From: Tannerellaceae bacterium
GTDB lineage: Bacteria > Bacteroidota > Bacteroidia > Bacteroidales > Tannerellaceae
Length of the DNA: 64,000 nt
NCBI GenBank assembly: GCA_031257015.1
Contig: JAIRPK010000056.1
Span: 14,116 to 78,115, forward strand
Reading direction: 5' to 3'
Shown here one piece after another: positions 21,379 to 32,318 of this stretch; the first letter of the stretch is position 1; the number at the start of each line of letters is the position of its first letter. The notes beneath the pieces were generated by a model, which was not told where the DNA came from, did no database searches, and saw only the letters and a list, made by a program, of their open reading frames with translations. The position numbers and the translations under genes were made by a program.

Positions 21379-22719
21379 CTAGATGCCGAATCGTTTGAGC
21401 TTGTTGTACAGCGTCTGCCGGGAGATGCCAAGGCGGGAGGCGACGAGGGTCAGATTGCCGTCGCACTGGTTTATTGCTTCCTTAATCATTCGGTATTCCA
21501 TTTCTTCGAGCGTCGTTATGGTGGTGTCGGCTTGCTGAGCGGCAACCGGGCGACGGAGGGGAAGGTCAAAGTGAGAGGCGAGGAGAGTGTCGCCATCGGC
21601 AATGATGACGGCTTTCTCTATTGCGTGCTGGAGTTCACGAACGTTGCCTCCCCAAACGTGGGATTTGAGTTTCTCGCCTGCTTCTTCGTCTATCCTGACT
21701 ATGGGCTTGTGATAGGCGGCGGCATAGCGTTGCATGAAAAGCTCGGCAAAGGGAAGTATGTCTTCCGGACGCTTGCGCAATGGTGGTATTTCGATTTGTA
21801 TGGTATTTATGCGGTAAAGAAGGTCTTCGCGAAAGCGGGATTCGGCGACCATTTCGCCCAAGTCTTTATTCGTTGCGCAAATGAGGCGTATGTCAACGGG
21901 GATGGGAACATTGGAACCTATCCGGGTGATGCTGCGGCTTTGAAGGGCGCTTAGCAGTTTTGCCTGAAGGTGATAAGGGAGGTTGCCGATTTCGTCAAGG
22001 AAGAGCGTACCTGTATGCGCAGCCTCAAACTTGCCTGCACGGTCGGAACGAGCATCTGTAAAGGCGCCTTTAACATGACCGAACAGTTCGCTTTCAAACA
22101 GGCTTTCGGCTATTGCGCCTGAGTCAATGGTTATCAACGGATGGTGGGAACGGGATGAAATGGCGTGTATCTCCTGCGCAAGCATCTCTTTGCCGGTGCC
22201 GTTCTCGCCGGTGATGAGAATGTTGGCTTCCGTGCGGGAGACTTTCTCTATCAGGGGGCGCTGCCCAAGCATTGTTTCGGAGAAGCCCCAAAAGAAGCGT
22301 CCCTGGACTTTGCTGTTAGCTCCGCTATGATGTTGGGGAGGGGTGATGCACTTCTTGAGGACGGAGACTAACTGTTCGTTGTCGTATGGTTTTACCACGA
22401 AGTCAAAGGCGCCTTCCTTTATGCCTCGAACGGCAAGACTTATGTCGGCGTAGGCTGTGAAAAGGACTACGCGGACGGACGGACGGGCTTTCTTTATCTC
22501 CGATAGCCAGTAAAGGCCTTCATTCCCGGAATTAATGCCTGCCGAAAAGTTCATGTCAAGCAATACGGCATCAACCTTCTCTTCACGAAGGGTTTTCATA
22601 ATCAACTGCGGGGAGGCTACTGTCAGCACTTTGGAAAAGTGAACTTCAAGCAGCATCCTCGCAGCGGACAGGATTGCCCTATTGTCATCGACAATTAAAA
22701 CAATGCCTTTCTTTTTCAT
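21379..22719 (-). CDS. Sigma-54-dependent response regulator (REC-AAA+-Fis HTH)
   Basis: LIVDD and LLDMNF receiver, GENGTGKE, ELFGHVKGAFTDA, TLFLDEIG, FREDLLYRIN, GNVRELQH and HTH GISRQTLYNKL. Confidence 0.96.
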   Translation of the reverse strand: MKKKGIVLIVDDNRAILSAARMLLEVHFSKVLTVASPQLIMKTLREEKVDAVLLDMNFSAGINSGNEGLYWLSEIKKARPSVRVVLFTAYADISLAVRGIKEGAFDFVVKPYDNEQLVSVLKKCITPPQHHSGANSKVQGRFFWGFSETMLGQRPLIEKVSRTEANILITGENGTGKEMLAQEIHAISSRSHHPLITIDSGAIAESLFESELFGHVKGAFTDARSDRAGKFEAAHTGTLFLDEIGNLPYHLQAKLLSALQSRSITRIGSNVPIPVDIRLICATNKDLGEMVAESRFREDLLYRINTIQIEIPPLRKRPEDILPFAELFMQRYAAAYHKPIVRIDEEAGEKLKSHVWGGNVRELQHAIEKAVIIADGDTLLASHFDLPLRRPVAAQQADTTITTLEEMEYRMIKEAINQCDGNLTLVASRLGISRQTLYNKLKRFGI

Positions 22720-25619
22720 TAATATCCGAAGATCTCCTCCTGTGACAGTATCTGGACTGGACCTATTTTCTTCAAGGCTTCAATGTTCAAATCTTTTATG
22801 TCGCCTAATATATAATAGGTGTAGGGACGTGATTTGACATATTTCTGCTGAAAGGCCTTGACGTCGTCAAGCGTAAAGGAGTGTACGGCGGCATACATGG
22901 CTTTGCGGCTGTCTTCATTGTAGCCCATGCGCTTCTCGTTGAGGTAATAGAACAACAAGTCGGAGCGGAGAATACGAGTGGTGCGGATATTTGACAGTAT
23001 CTCATCCTTGGCAAGCTCAAAGGACTTGGGAGATTCGGGCATGTTGTCCAGTATGTCGATAAAGGCGGCTATGGCGTCGGCCATCTTGTCGTTCTGTGTC
23101 GCTATTGTCGCGCGGAGGATATACGGACGCTCCGGACGATAGGGACGCTGGAAACCGGCGTCTGCCGAATAGGCCAGGCCACGAGCCTCACGCATTTCCT
23201 GGAAGACAATCGAGTTCATGCTGCCTCCGAAATATGCGTTGTACATCGAGCGGATGGCTTCCAGCGACTGGTCAAAGGCGGCATTTCTGTTTGACATTCC
23301 CAAATATATCTGCTTCGCATCATACTGTGCAAGATAAACCTTGTTCTCCGCAGTCTCAAGGATAGGAAACTCTTGAGGGGAAGGAACAGGGCGAAGCGAC
23401 TCGCCAACGACGTGCATCTCATTGATTTTGGCAAGGATTTCCTTCTCGGACAGAGGGCCGTAATAAAGGATTGTATGTTCGATATTCTTCAGGTCTTTCG
23501 TCCGATTGGTCATCTCCTCCGGATTCACCGCCTTGAGTTCTTCCGCGCTGAGGATGTTCGTGAACGATGACTTGGGGCCGAAAACCGCATATTGGCGAAG
23601 AGCGTTGAAACATGCGTTCTGATTCAGCTTTGCATCCGAACGGGACTTTAAAATGTCGGCGACGAGGTTATTATATGTCGCTTCGTCGGTCTTCGCATCG
23701 TTCAGTCGCTCTTCCAAGAGTTCCATTGCACGCTCGAAGTTGTCGCTCAATCCGCTCACATATACATATACTCTCTCATCCGTGGCCTGAACGCCAAAGG
23801 AGCAGGCAAGGGAGTACAGTTCGCTCTTAATCTCCTCTGCCGTCTTGGTCGATGTTCCAAGATAGTCGAGGTAGGTGAAGGCCGTACCAAGCGCCTTGTC
23901 GTTATTGTTCCCCATGTCGAATACGTAATAGAGGTTGAACAGCGGATTGAGAGAGTTCTTCTTGTACAGAATAGGGATGTTCTGCTTCGCAACCAGGCGG
24001 GACATGTCCTTCTCATAATCTGCAAAAACAGGCTCTATCGGGGCTGCCTTACTGGCCTTGATCTGTGCAAGGAACTCGCTCTCGCTGTCGCGATTGGCGG
24101 AGATGGGGGTAATCACTGGCTTGTCGATCTTTTTATTGTCGGGCTGCCCCTCGCGCTTGTAAATAACGACGTGGTTCTCTGTCAGATGCTTGTTGCAGAA
24201 GTCAACAATGTCCTGCTTTGTTAGCTTGGCCAGCTCGTCGATCTTTGCAACCTCGTCTTTCCAGGCCGTACCATTGATGAACGAGTAAAGCATAACATTT
24301 GCCGCATAGGCATACTCCTGGGATTCGAAGTATTTCTCCAAACGGAAATTGTTAATCACAGACGACAGCAATTTTTCGTCAAATTCTCCCTTCTTGAGCA
24401 TCTCAACCTGGCTAAGCAAAAGATCTTTCACCTCTTCCAAAGTCTGACCCTGCTTGGGCCGCCCCAAGAGAATGAAGACCGAATAGTCCGACAAGTCGTA
24501 TATGCCGCTCATTGCGCTCAGAGTCTTCTGCTTCTGGACAAGGTTGAGATCAATCAGGCCTGCATCGCCGTTGTTCAGCATGTAGTTAACCAACTGGAGT
24601 GTGGCAACCTCCTTCGTTCCACTGCCGAGGAAAGGAAAGCCAATGCCGACGCTCGAGGCTTCGAGGCCGATGACCTCCTTCTCAACCGGAGCAGGAAGTG
24701 GTGTCTCGGCAGAGTACTCAAACTTGGGAACTTCCTTTGACTGCAGCTTGCCGAAATGTTTGTCGATGATGGCAATCGTCTTGTCCGGGTCAAGGTCGCC
24801 AACCATAATGATGGCCATGTTATTCGGCACATAGTAAGTGTCGAAATAACGCTTGATGTTCGTAATCGACGGATTCTTCAAATTATCCTGTGAGCCTAGA
24901 ACCGTCTGACGCCCGTAGGGATGATTCGGGAAAAGAACGGAGAACATCGTTTCAAACATTTTATTCTGGTCCCGCGTGAGATACATGTTATACTCCTCGT
25001 AAACCGTCTCTAGCTCCGTGTGGAAAAGACGCAACACAGGGTCAGAGAAACGCTCGGACTGAACAACTGCCCAGTTCTCAATCTCGTTAGTCGGAATGTC
25101 CTCGGTATAGGCAGTCATGTCGTAGGACGTAAAAGCGTTCGTCCCCTTGGCGCCAATCGCGCTCATGAGCTTGTCGTACTCATTTGGGATGGCAATTTTC
25201 GAGGCAACTTGCGAGATGCTGTCAATACGTGCGTAAATGGCTTTCCTCTCATCATCGTCAGTCGTTTTTCTGTATATCTCGAACAACGCCTCGATTTCGT
25301 CCAGCAATGGCTTCTCGGCAGCATAGTCTGACGTACCAAAATGTGACGTGCCCTTGAACATCAAGTGTTCAAAATAATGCGCCAAACCGGTCGTCTCTGC
25401 CGGATCATTCTTCGCACCAACGCGAACGCCAACAAATGTCTGGATGCGCGGCTTATCCCTGTTGACCGACAGATAAACCTTCAACCCGTTGTCCAAGGTA
25501 TAGATGCGAGTCTTCAAGGGATCGCCGGAAACACTCTCATAAGCATATTTCGACGCCGGATTGCAGGCGGCAATTAACAGCATCAAGGCTAGTGACAAAA
25601 ACAAATACAAATGTTTCAT
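22719..25619 (-). CDS. M16 (insulinase/pitrilysin) zinc peptidase, lipoprotein
   Basis: Inverted zinc motif HYFEHLMFKG, TNAFTS and lipobox IAAC. Start moved to the ATG at 25619 (MKHLYLF), supported by a TACATTTG box at 25652-25659. Confidence 0.93.
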   Translation of the reverse strand: MKHLYLFLSLALMLLIAACNPASKYAYESVSGDPLKTRIYTLDNGLKVYLSVNRDKPRIQTFVGVRVGAKNDPAETTGLAHYFEHLMFKGTSHFGTSDYAAEKPLLDEIEALFEIYRKTTDDDERKAIYARIDSISQVASKIAIPNEYDKLMSAIGAKGTNAFTSYDMTAYTEDIPTNEIENWAVVQSERFSDPVLRLFHTELETVYEEYNMYLTRDQNKMFETMFSVLFPNHPYGRQTVLGSQDNLKNPSITNIKRYFDTYYVPNNMAIIMVGDLDPDKTIAIIDKHFGKLQSKEVPKFEYSAETPLPAPVEKEVIGLEASSVGIGFPFLGSGTKEVATLQLVNYMLNNGDAGLIDLNLVQKQKTLSAMSGIYDLSDYSVFILLGRPKQGQTLEEVKDLLLSQVEMLKKGEFDEKLLSSVINNFRLEKYFESQEYAYAANVMLYSFINGTAWKDEVAKIDELAKLTKQDIVDFCNKHLTENHVVIYKREGQPDNKKIDKPVITPISANRDSESEFLAQIKASKAAPIEPVFADYEKDMSRLVAKQNIPILYKKNSLNPLFNLYYVFDMGNNNDKALGTAFTYLDYLGTSTKTAEEIKSELYSLACSFGVQATDERVYVYVSGLSDNFERAMELLEERLNDAKTDEATYNNLVADILKSRSDAKLNQNACFNALRQYAVFGPKSSFTNILSAEELKAVNPEEMTNRTKDLKNIEHTILYYGPLSEKEILAKINEMHVVGESLRPVPSPQEFPILETAENKVYLAQYDAKQIYLGMSNRNAAFDQSLEAIRSMYNAYFGGSMNSIVFQEMREARGLAYSADAGFQRPYRPERPYILRATIATQNDKMADAIAAFIDILDNMPESPKSFELAKDEILSNIRTTRILRSDLLFYYLNEKRMGYNEDSRKAMYAAVHSFTLDDVKAFQQKYVKSRPYTYYILGDIKDLNIEALKKIGPVQILSQEEIFGY

Positions 25620-26125
25620 AATCAGTTTATATTTTATTATTGATAATGCTCCAAATGTAAGGCTAAATTTAATTAAAAAGCCCATCTTCAAAAAAATAAT
25701 CACAATCATCAAGGTTGCATCCTAAAACAACTACATAACTGTCTCTCACACTATCCAGAAACGGCACGGCATCTAACGAAATATTTCCGTCTTCTCCAGC
25801 CATCTGTTGCCCACCTCAAAAAAAAGAAACTTGTCAATAACGGTACTAGAGGAGAAACATCATTTCCCCAACTGCTATGGTGCCCACCTACCAGGCTGTC
25901 GCCCATCACGACTGTTTGCATGAGGATGCAAACAAAGCAGAATGAAATGCCAACACATTGCCAGATGGTTCATTTGGCTAATTTTTTTCGACTACATATT
26001 AATGGCTGACAAGAGGGAGGACGTAAAAACGTTGTTAAGACTCGCTCAAGAAAAATTATGTATTATTGTGATTTTTTTACAGTTTTAATTTTGAAATCCC
26101 GAATAAAAAAGGCAAAATTTGTCCA

Positions 26126-27382
26126 ATGATATTAATAGGCGCAATCTTATCTTCAATTTTCTTTTTGATAATGCGCATTTTTTTACAATTATATAAGAGT
26201 ATGAATACCAGGTTTATTTACATCGGACTTCTAACGGTCATGTTCCCGCTGGCCGAAATAAGCGGGCAAACAAACGGCGAGGCTGTGGAAACAGACAAGA
26301 AAGAGCTATTAATCGCAGATAAGGATGACAGACGCCCCAACGTTGCGCTGGAAATGGTTGAAAGCATGGAGATAACACTCAATGAGGCGGAGGAAGACTT
26401 GCTTTTTCCAGCAGAAGGTATTTATGGAGAAAATTGGGATAACCATTCCGTTGCACCATATCGCGTAGGTATGAATGGGCTGAACTTCCCAGATTCGTTC
26501 ATGATTAGCTTCGCGTCGTTTACCATGCCGGTAAAGAGCGACTCAATTAAAGTAACGTCGCCCTATGGCCCCAGACGACGGAGAATGCACCGCGGCATTG
26601 ACCTGAAAGTCCAGGTCGGGGATACTATTTATGCCGCCTTTGACGGGAGAGTCCGCATATGCAGCTTTGAACGCCGCGGTTATGGAAACTACCTGGTAAT
26701 CAGACATACCAATGGTATCGAAACCGTTTACGGACATTTATCCAAGAGCCTCGTTAAAGTAAACGCTGTGGTGAGAGCCGGCGAGCCAATAGCGCTCGGT
26801 GGCAACACAGGACGGTCCACTGGCTCCCATCTGCACTTTGAAACCCGCTTCCTGGGGCAGGCTATCAATCCGGCGGATGTAATCGACTTTGATGCACAGG
26901 AACCGCACAAAGACTTCTACACTTTTCGCAATATAAAGATCAACGACCATTATACGAATTCTTATACAGCCACCGATGAGCAATTCATCTATCACACCGT
27001 CAAAGCCGGCGAAAACTTATCATCAATAGCTACTCGCTACAAAACAACAGTCGGTGAGCTGCGCAAACTGAACGGCCTCACAGCATCCACACAAATACGC
27101 GTAGGGCTACCGCTCAAATGTCGATTGAAAAAAAACACTTCTGATACCCCACCTACTCCCAATGGTGAAACGGTGGTGGACAAGGTTGTAACAGCGGAGC
27201 ACGTTACAGTCCAATCTGCCCCAACAGACACATCTTCACCTGTCTATTACAGAATAAAGGAAGGTGACAACCTTGCAAGTGTCGCCTCCAAGCATGGAAT
27301 GACGGTTGAAAAACTCTGTCGGCTGAACAACATTTCCAGCACTACAATATTAAAGAGCGGAGCTACGCTACGCTGCATGTAG
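26126..27382 (+). CDS. M23 metallopeptidase with two LysM domains
   Basis: HRGIDL (HxxxD), STGSHLHFE (HxH), HTVKAGENLSSIA and YRIKEGDNLASVA. The true start may be slightly downstream. Confidence 0.92.
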   Translation: MILIGAILSSIFFLIMRIFLQLYKSMNTRFIYIGLLTVMFPLAEISGQTNGEAVETDKKELLIADKDDRRPNVALEMVESMEITLNEAEEDLLFPAEGIYGENWDNHSVAPYRVGMNGLNFPDSFMISFASFTMPVKSDSIKVTSPYGPRRRRMHRGIDLKVQVGDTIYAAFDGRVRICSFERRGYGNYLVIRHTNGIETVYGHLSKSLVKVNAVVRAGEPIALGGNTGRSTGSHLHFETRFLGQAINPADVIDFDAQEPHKDFYTFRNIKINDHYTNSYTATDEQFIYHTVKAGENLSSIATRYKTTVGELRKLNGLTASTQIRVGLPLKCRLKKNTSDTPPTPNGETVVDKVVTAEHVTVQSAPTDTSSPVYYRIKEGDNLASVASKHGMTVEKLCRLNNISSTTILKSGATLRCM

Positions 27383-27389
27383 CTGCAGG

Positions 27390-27938
27390 ATGCGAATGGT
27401 TCTTCTGCATGCCTGCTGTGCTCCATGCTCTTCGGCTGTTATTGAAAACATGCTCACAGATAGTATTATACCTGTTATTTATTATTATAATCCGAACATT
27501 TTTCCGCTAGAGGAGTATCAGCGGCGTAGAGACGAATGTCAGCGGTACGCGCAGTTGTTCAATTTAGATTTTATTGAAGGCCAATACAACCATGATTCAT
27601 GGTTAGCTAGTATTTCCAACTTGGAAAACGAACCGGAGAGGGGCCTGCGTTGTCGTAAGTGTATAGCGCTTCGTCTGTTGCTCACCGCAAAAAGAGCGTC
27701 GGAAATGGGAATAAGCGAAATTGCCTCCTCGCTAGGTTCATCACGATGGAAAGACTGCAATCAAATAGCGGAAGGAGGTCGTCAAGCCGCTCAAATGTTC
27801 AGTGTAACATTCTTCGACAAAAATTGGAGGACGGAGGAACTCAGCCGGCGACGGCGAATATTACTTATGGAAAATCAATTTTATAATCAAAATTATTGCG
27901 GATGCGAATTTAGCACCCGCCCCCTGTCGAAAGGGTAA
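27390..27938 (+). CDS. queH: Epoxyqueuosine reductase QueH (DUF208)
   Basis: LLHACCAPCS, YNPNI, C..C...RL and QNYCGCEFS motifs. Confidence 0.88.
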   Translation: MRMVLLHACCAPCSSAVIENMLTDSIIPVIYYYNPNIFPLEEYQRRRDECQRYAQLFNLDFIEGQYNHDSWLASISNLENEPERGLRCRKCIALRLLLTAKRASEMGISEIASSLGSSRWKDCNQIAEGGRQAAQMFSVTFFDKNWRTEELSRRRRILLMENQFYNQNYCGCEFSTRPLSKG

Positions 27939-29025
27939 TAACCACGTACTCTGACCAGGTACCGATGCGGAATTTTCCGCCCCAAATTCCAATACCGGAG
28001 GAAACGTATATGTGAGAGCCTCCTTTCTTGGTATATCCGTAAGATTTCTCGAAAATTAATCTTGTAACCATGGAAACTGGCCAAATTTGACCATTGTGCG
28101 TATGACCGGAAATTTGCAGATCTACGCCGTTTTGCACGGCATCTTCCAAATGGTAAGGCTGATGATCCAGCAATAGAACGGGTTTGCTTCTGTCGATGCC
28201 TGCTGTAAGTTCAGATAGTTTTTTTCGTTTGGGATTCGAACGATCGTCACGTCCGATAATGTAAAATGCTTCATCTATGAAGCAGGCAGTGTCTCTCAAC
28301 AAAGTAATGCCTGCCGATTTAAAAAATTCTACACTCTTTGCAAGGTTGCCCAAGTATTCGTGATTGCCTACGACGCCGTAAATGCCGTATTTGGATTCGA
28401 TCTTCTTGAAAGATTCTGCGAAATTCTGTTCAAATAGTGGTCTGACATTGTTGTCCACCACATCACCAACAATGAAGACAATGTCCGGTTTTTCGGCATT
28501 GACAAGCGGAAGCCAGCTTTCCAACTCTTTTTTGCCGATGCCGTAGCCAAGGTGGAGGTCGCTTAACGCCACGATCTTTAGAACTCCCAAATTTCCCGCA
28601 GGCTTGGCTATTTCCAAGTTGAGGACTAACCTTTTCTTAATTCGGTATCTAAAATATCCGTAGCTGAATACTAATACAAACGCAATGGACAGTACCGACA
28701 CACCTCCCCATCCCTCAGACAGCATCCAACTCGCTGGCGCAAAGTGGAAGACCCTCAATAGTTCCAATGTAAGGAAGGACAACAACAAATACAAAAATAT
28801 CATCAACCAGGATGTCCCCACCCGATAAGCAACAGCCCCCACTGACAGTGGCAACACATCTCTAAAAATGAAGACCGCAAAAAACGCAGCCAACATAAGT
28901 GCAGCCACGACAACAACTGCAACCCGCAAAACCACGGAGGGAATCATGCCCCATAAGCGAGATAAAACAAAATAATGACCACTGCCGAGAAGCAGGGCCA
29001 TTATTACAATAAATGTTATGCGCAT
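27910..29025 (-). CDS. Membrane-anchored metallophosphoesterase
   Basis: N-terminal TM helices, SDLH, GDVVD, GNHE and SGHTHNGQ motifs. Confidence 0.92.
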   Translation of the reverse strand: MRITFIVIMALLLGSGHYFVLSRLWGMIPSVVLRVAVVVVAALMLAAFFAVFIFRDVLPLSVGAVAYRVGTSWLMIFLYLLLSFLTLELLRVFHFAPASWMLSEGWGGVSVLSIAFVLVFSYGYFRYRIKKRLVLNLEIAKPAGNLGVLKIVALSDLHLGYGIGKKELESWLPLVNAEKPDIVFIVGDVVDNNVRPLFEQNFAESFKKIESKYGIYGVVGNHEYLGNLAKSVEFFKSAGITLLRDTACFIDEAFYIIGRDDRSNPKRKKLSELTAGIDRSKPVLLLDHQPYHLEDAVQNGVDLQISGHTHNGQIWPVSMVTRLIFEKSYGYTKKGGSHIYVSSGIGIWGGKFRIGTWSEYVVITLSTGGGC

Positions 29026-29028
29026 GGC

Positions 29029-30117
29029 TTAATTCTTGTAATCTTTAACGAAACGAGTGTTGAGTTCTTCGACAAACTCCCGAATCTGTTGCTCGTTACT
29101 CTTTCGACAGATTAGCAGATTGTTTCCGGATTGCGCCACGATATAATCATGCAGCCCCTCAATGACGACTAGACGTTCAGGATCGTCAATGGCGACCAAA
29201 TTGCCGGAGGCTTCGTAGAACAGAGCCTTGCTGTTTTTCATTAATGCGTTGTCGCGCCCGTCTTTCGTCTTTGCATGTTCGTAAACCGCCCCCCACGAGC
29301 CAAGGTCTGTCCAGCCGAAATCCACGCACATGACATAGCGATTATCCGCATGTTCCATGATACCTCTGTCAATGGAAATATTCGGGCAACGCTGGAAATT
29401 TTCACGAATAAAGTTGTCTTCTTCAGGCGTATTAAAGAGTTCTTTTCCAGGCTCGAAGCAGTTAAATATTTCGGGCAGATGTTTTTCAAATGCTTGCAAG
29501 ATGGAGTTAACATTCCACAGGAAAAGACCTGAGTTCCAGAAAAATTCGCCGCTTTCGAACATGACCTTTGCAAGTTCAATGTCTGGTTTTTCAATAAACG
29601 TCTTCACTTTCGCGAAAACACAGTCCTTATCGTCTCTGCTTTGAATATAGCCGTAGCCTGTCTCTGCACGGCTGGGCTTGATTCCCAAAGTGACAAGGGC
29701 AGATTTATTCCTTACGAAATCAAGCCCCTGCATGATGTTGTCAAGAAAGACCTCCTCTTTTTCAATCCAATGATCGGAAGGAGCAACCACTATATTTGCT
29801 TTGGGATTGCATGCCCTGATATGGTAAGAAGCGTAAGCGATGCACGGCGCCGTGTTCAAGCGTGCGGGTTCAAGAAGGATATTAGCTTCTGGTAACATGG
29901 GGAGTTGTTCCCTGACAAGGGCTGAATATTTAACATTTGTAACGATGTAAATATTTTCCACCGGGATTATTTTCGAAAAACGATCAAATGTCATTTGAAT
30001 CAGTGAACGTCCGTCATCAAAAAAGTCCAGGAACTGTTTAGGATATTCTTCCTTACTGAAGGGCCAGAATCGGCTGCCGATTCCTCCACCCATTATAACA
30101 CAAAAATTGTCGCTCAT
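29029..30117 (-). CDS. manC: Mannose-1-phosphate guanylyltransferase
   Basis: GGIGSRFWP..PKQFL, EPARLNTAPCI, APSDH, ETGYGYI, WNSGLF and WTDLGSW motifs. Confidence 0.92.
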   Translation of the reverse strand: MSDNFCVIMGGGIGSRFWPFSKEEYPKQFLDFFDDGRSLIQMTFDRFSKIIPVENIYIVTNVKYSALVREQLPMLPEANILLEPARLNTAPCIAYASYHIRACNPKANIVVAPSDHWIEKEEVFLDNIMQGLDFVRNKSALVTLGIKPSRAETGYGYIQSRDDKDCVFAKVKTFIEKPDIELAKVMFESGEFFWNSGLFLWNVNSILQAFEKHLPEIFNCFEPGKELFNTPEEDNFIRENFQRCPNISIDRGIMEHADNRYVMCVDFGWTDLGSWGAVYEHAKTKDGRDNALMKNSKALFYEASGNLVAIDDPERLVVIEGLHDYIVAQSGNNLLICRKSNEQQIREFVEELNTRFVKDYKN

Positions 30118-30527
30118 GTTTTATTATTTTGATTTGTTTCTAAAACGGATAAAAGCGATTTTTATTTCATTGTTGACATTTCTTCAAATATGTTTTAATG
30201 ACGACGAGAAGTGGAACAGCAAGCGCAATAAATAAATATGCTTTAAAACAATGCGTTTTTTAAGAATAAATATTGGGCTTTTATATTTGATAATAAAAAT
30301 GCTGTTGCGACATAAAAGTGGGCTAGATATTAGAAATAAAAAATGACAAATATTAGTTACATATGGAGAATAAATATCGTTTTAATAATTATTTTTTATT
30401 CAGTAGCTTTGCATTATCGCTTATAGAAAATTTATTCTTATATACAGGATAAAATGCTTGTTAAAATAATTGTTCTTAAAGAATAATATTTTATCTGTTG
30501 AATATTCGATTGAATATTCGGAAACAA

Positions 30528-31652
30528 TTATAACAGATGCTTATAAACATCCATTAACCGGCTGGCTATTATTCCAGGAGCGAATTGTTCGGCATGGAGC
30601 CGCCCTTCCATTTTCATTCGCGAAGCAAGGGCGGGAGTGTTCAGGACAGCTTGAATGTGGGCCGCGAATTGCCAGCTATCGTCGGGATCGGCGTACAAAG
30701 AGGCGGGGCCGCCGGTCTCTTCCAAGCAGGAACCTGTGGCAGTAATAACCGGAACATTGGACACAAGGGCTTCGAGGACTGGGATTCCAAAGCCTTCGTA
30801 GCGCGACGGATAAACAAAAACTTCTGCCATTTGATAAAAGACTGGAAGCTCATCATGCGAAACGGCGGGACATATTTTGATGCGCTCATGAAGAGATTTT
30901 TCTTTAATATAGCTCATCACTTGAGTAAAATAATGAGTGGGGCGGCCTATGACTACGAGATCTATGTCTGTGCGGTTTAGATTGTGGAATGCACGTACAA
31001 GGGTAAGGAGGTTTTTTCGTTCTTCAATTGTCCCGACATAAAGAATGTAGGGGGCATTAAGGTCGTATTTACGTCTAACGCTATATTTCTGTTTTTCTGT
31101 TACTTCTCGATAGAAAATGGGGTTGCAGCCTTGATAAACAACGTCAATTTTATCTTCGCTGATTTCCCAATAATTGACAATATCTTGCTTGGTTTGGCGG
31201 CTGGCAGCTATGATACGGTCGGCTTCACGGCAGGAATTTCTGTATTTACAGGAATAAAGGAAGCGATCGGTTGCTCTATATGTCTGAGGATAACGTAGAT
31301 AGATAAGATCGTGAATGGTAACAACCGAAGGAATGTGGCGCCGCCCAATTCTTAGCGGGAGTTCATTGCTGAGGCCGTGATACAAATCTATTTTATCCCT
31401 GCAAAGGTCGCCGATGATGCCGAAACTGCGCCAAAGTGAGGGGAAGAGTGGCCTGGAACTAGGGTAACGGAAATGTATGGACGAATAGCCTTGCAACTGC
31501 GAATAGAGACTTTCCTGCCCACAATCAATGGAATAAAGATAGTACTCGTTTCCGGAACAATTCGCGGCGAGAGCGGCGAGAACAAACCGAGCATAATTGC
31601 CCAAGCCAGTCGGATTATGTGTTATTCGTTTTGCATCGAAACCGATTCGCAT
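30528..31652 (-). CDS. Glycosyltransferase family 4
   Basis: GLGNYAR, VVTIHDL, YVGTIEERKN and YPSRYEGFGIPVLEAL motifs. Confidence 0.93.
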   Translation of the reverse strand: MRIGFDAKRITHNPTGLGNYARFVLAALAANCSGNEYYLYSIDCGQESLYSQLQGYSSIHFRYPSSRPLFPSLWRSFGIIGDLCRDKIDLYHGLSNELPLRIGRRHIPSVVTIHDLIYLRYPQTYRATDRFLYSCKYRNSCREADRIIAASRQTKQDIVNYWEISEDKIDVVYQGCNPIFYREVTEKQKYSVRRKYDLNAPYILYVGTIEERKNLLTLVRAFHNLNRTDIDLVVIGRPTHYFTQVMSYIKEKSLHERIKICPAVSHDELPVFYQMAEVFVYPSRYEGFGIPVLEALVSNVPVITATGSCLEETGGPASLYADPDDSWQFAAHIQAVLNTPALASRMKMEGRLHAEQFAPGIIASRLMDVYKHLL

Positions 31653-31852
31653 TATTTAAACTTGTGATTTTTAAAATGATTTTGTATTATAAAAGAATAT
31701 AAAACTCGCTTTAATATTTAAATAAAAATAGCGATTCAAACTTCATGAATTTTCATAATATACATAAAAAAACAGTACGTTATTTCTTGTCACAGTAATC
31801 ATTAATGAATGGCTTGCGTCTAATACTTCCTTTTTCGCGCCTTAGCTATACG

Positions 31853-32188
31853 TCAGGCTTCTCCCTTAATGCCGCCCATGGGAGGAATGAAGCGTTCCAA
31901 GTTAATATAACCGCTGGCTTCTTCATATTTGCCGATATTTTCCTCCAATGCGTATAACAATCGCTTCGCATTTTCGGGAGTGAGAATAACTCGGCTCTGC
32001 ACCTTTGCCTTGGAAACATTGGGTACCAAGCGAATAAAGTCGATTACAAATTCAGATGTGGAATGAGTAATTACTGACAGATTTGCATAAATACCTTGAG
32101 CTACATCATCCGGCAATTCAATTTGAATTTCATGCACTGGCGAAACTTTGTTCTTATCAATATTGTTATTGTCCATGTTATATATCAA
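31853..32188 (-). CDS. DUF3467 protein
   Basis: IELPDDVAQGIYANL.VITHS.SEFVIDF and SRVILTPENAKRLL motifs. Confidence 0.88.
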   Translation of the reverse strand: MIYNMDNNNIDKNKVSPVHEIQIELPDDVAQGIYANLSVITHSTSEFVIDFIRLVPNVSKAKVQSRVILTPENAKRLLYALEENIGKYEEASGYINLERFIPPMGGIKGEA

Positions 32189-32318
32189 TTATGTTTTTAA
32201 ATTATTTACAAATATAGTTTATTTTTCAGGCTATCTCTAATATATTTATATTCTTATAAAATAGAAGATTCACAAAGCGAAAAAACATGAACACACACAA
32301 AGTATATAAACAGATTTT

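Noticed and set aside
25860-25930. tRNA-like stretch (minus strand CAGCCTGGTAG)
   Set aside because: No acceptor stem, anticodon arm or TTC loop could be built.
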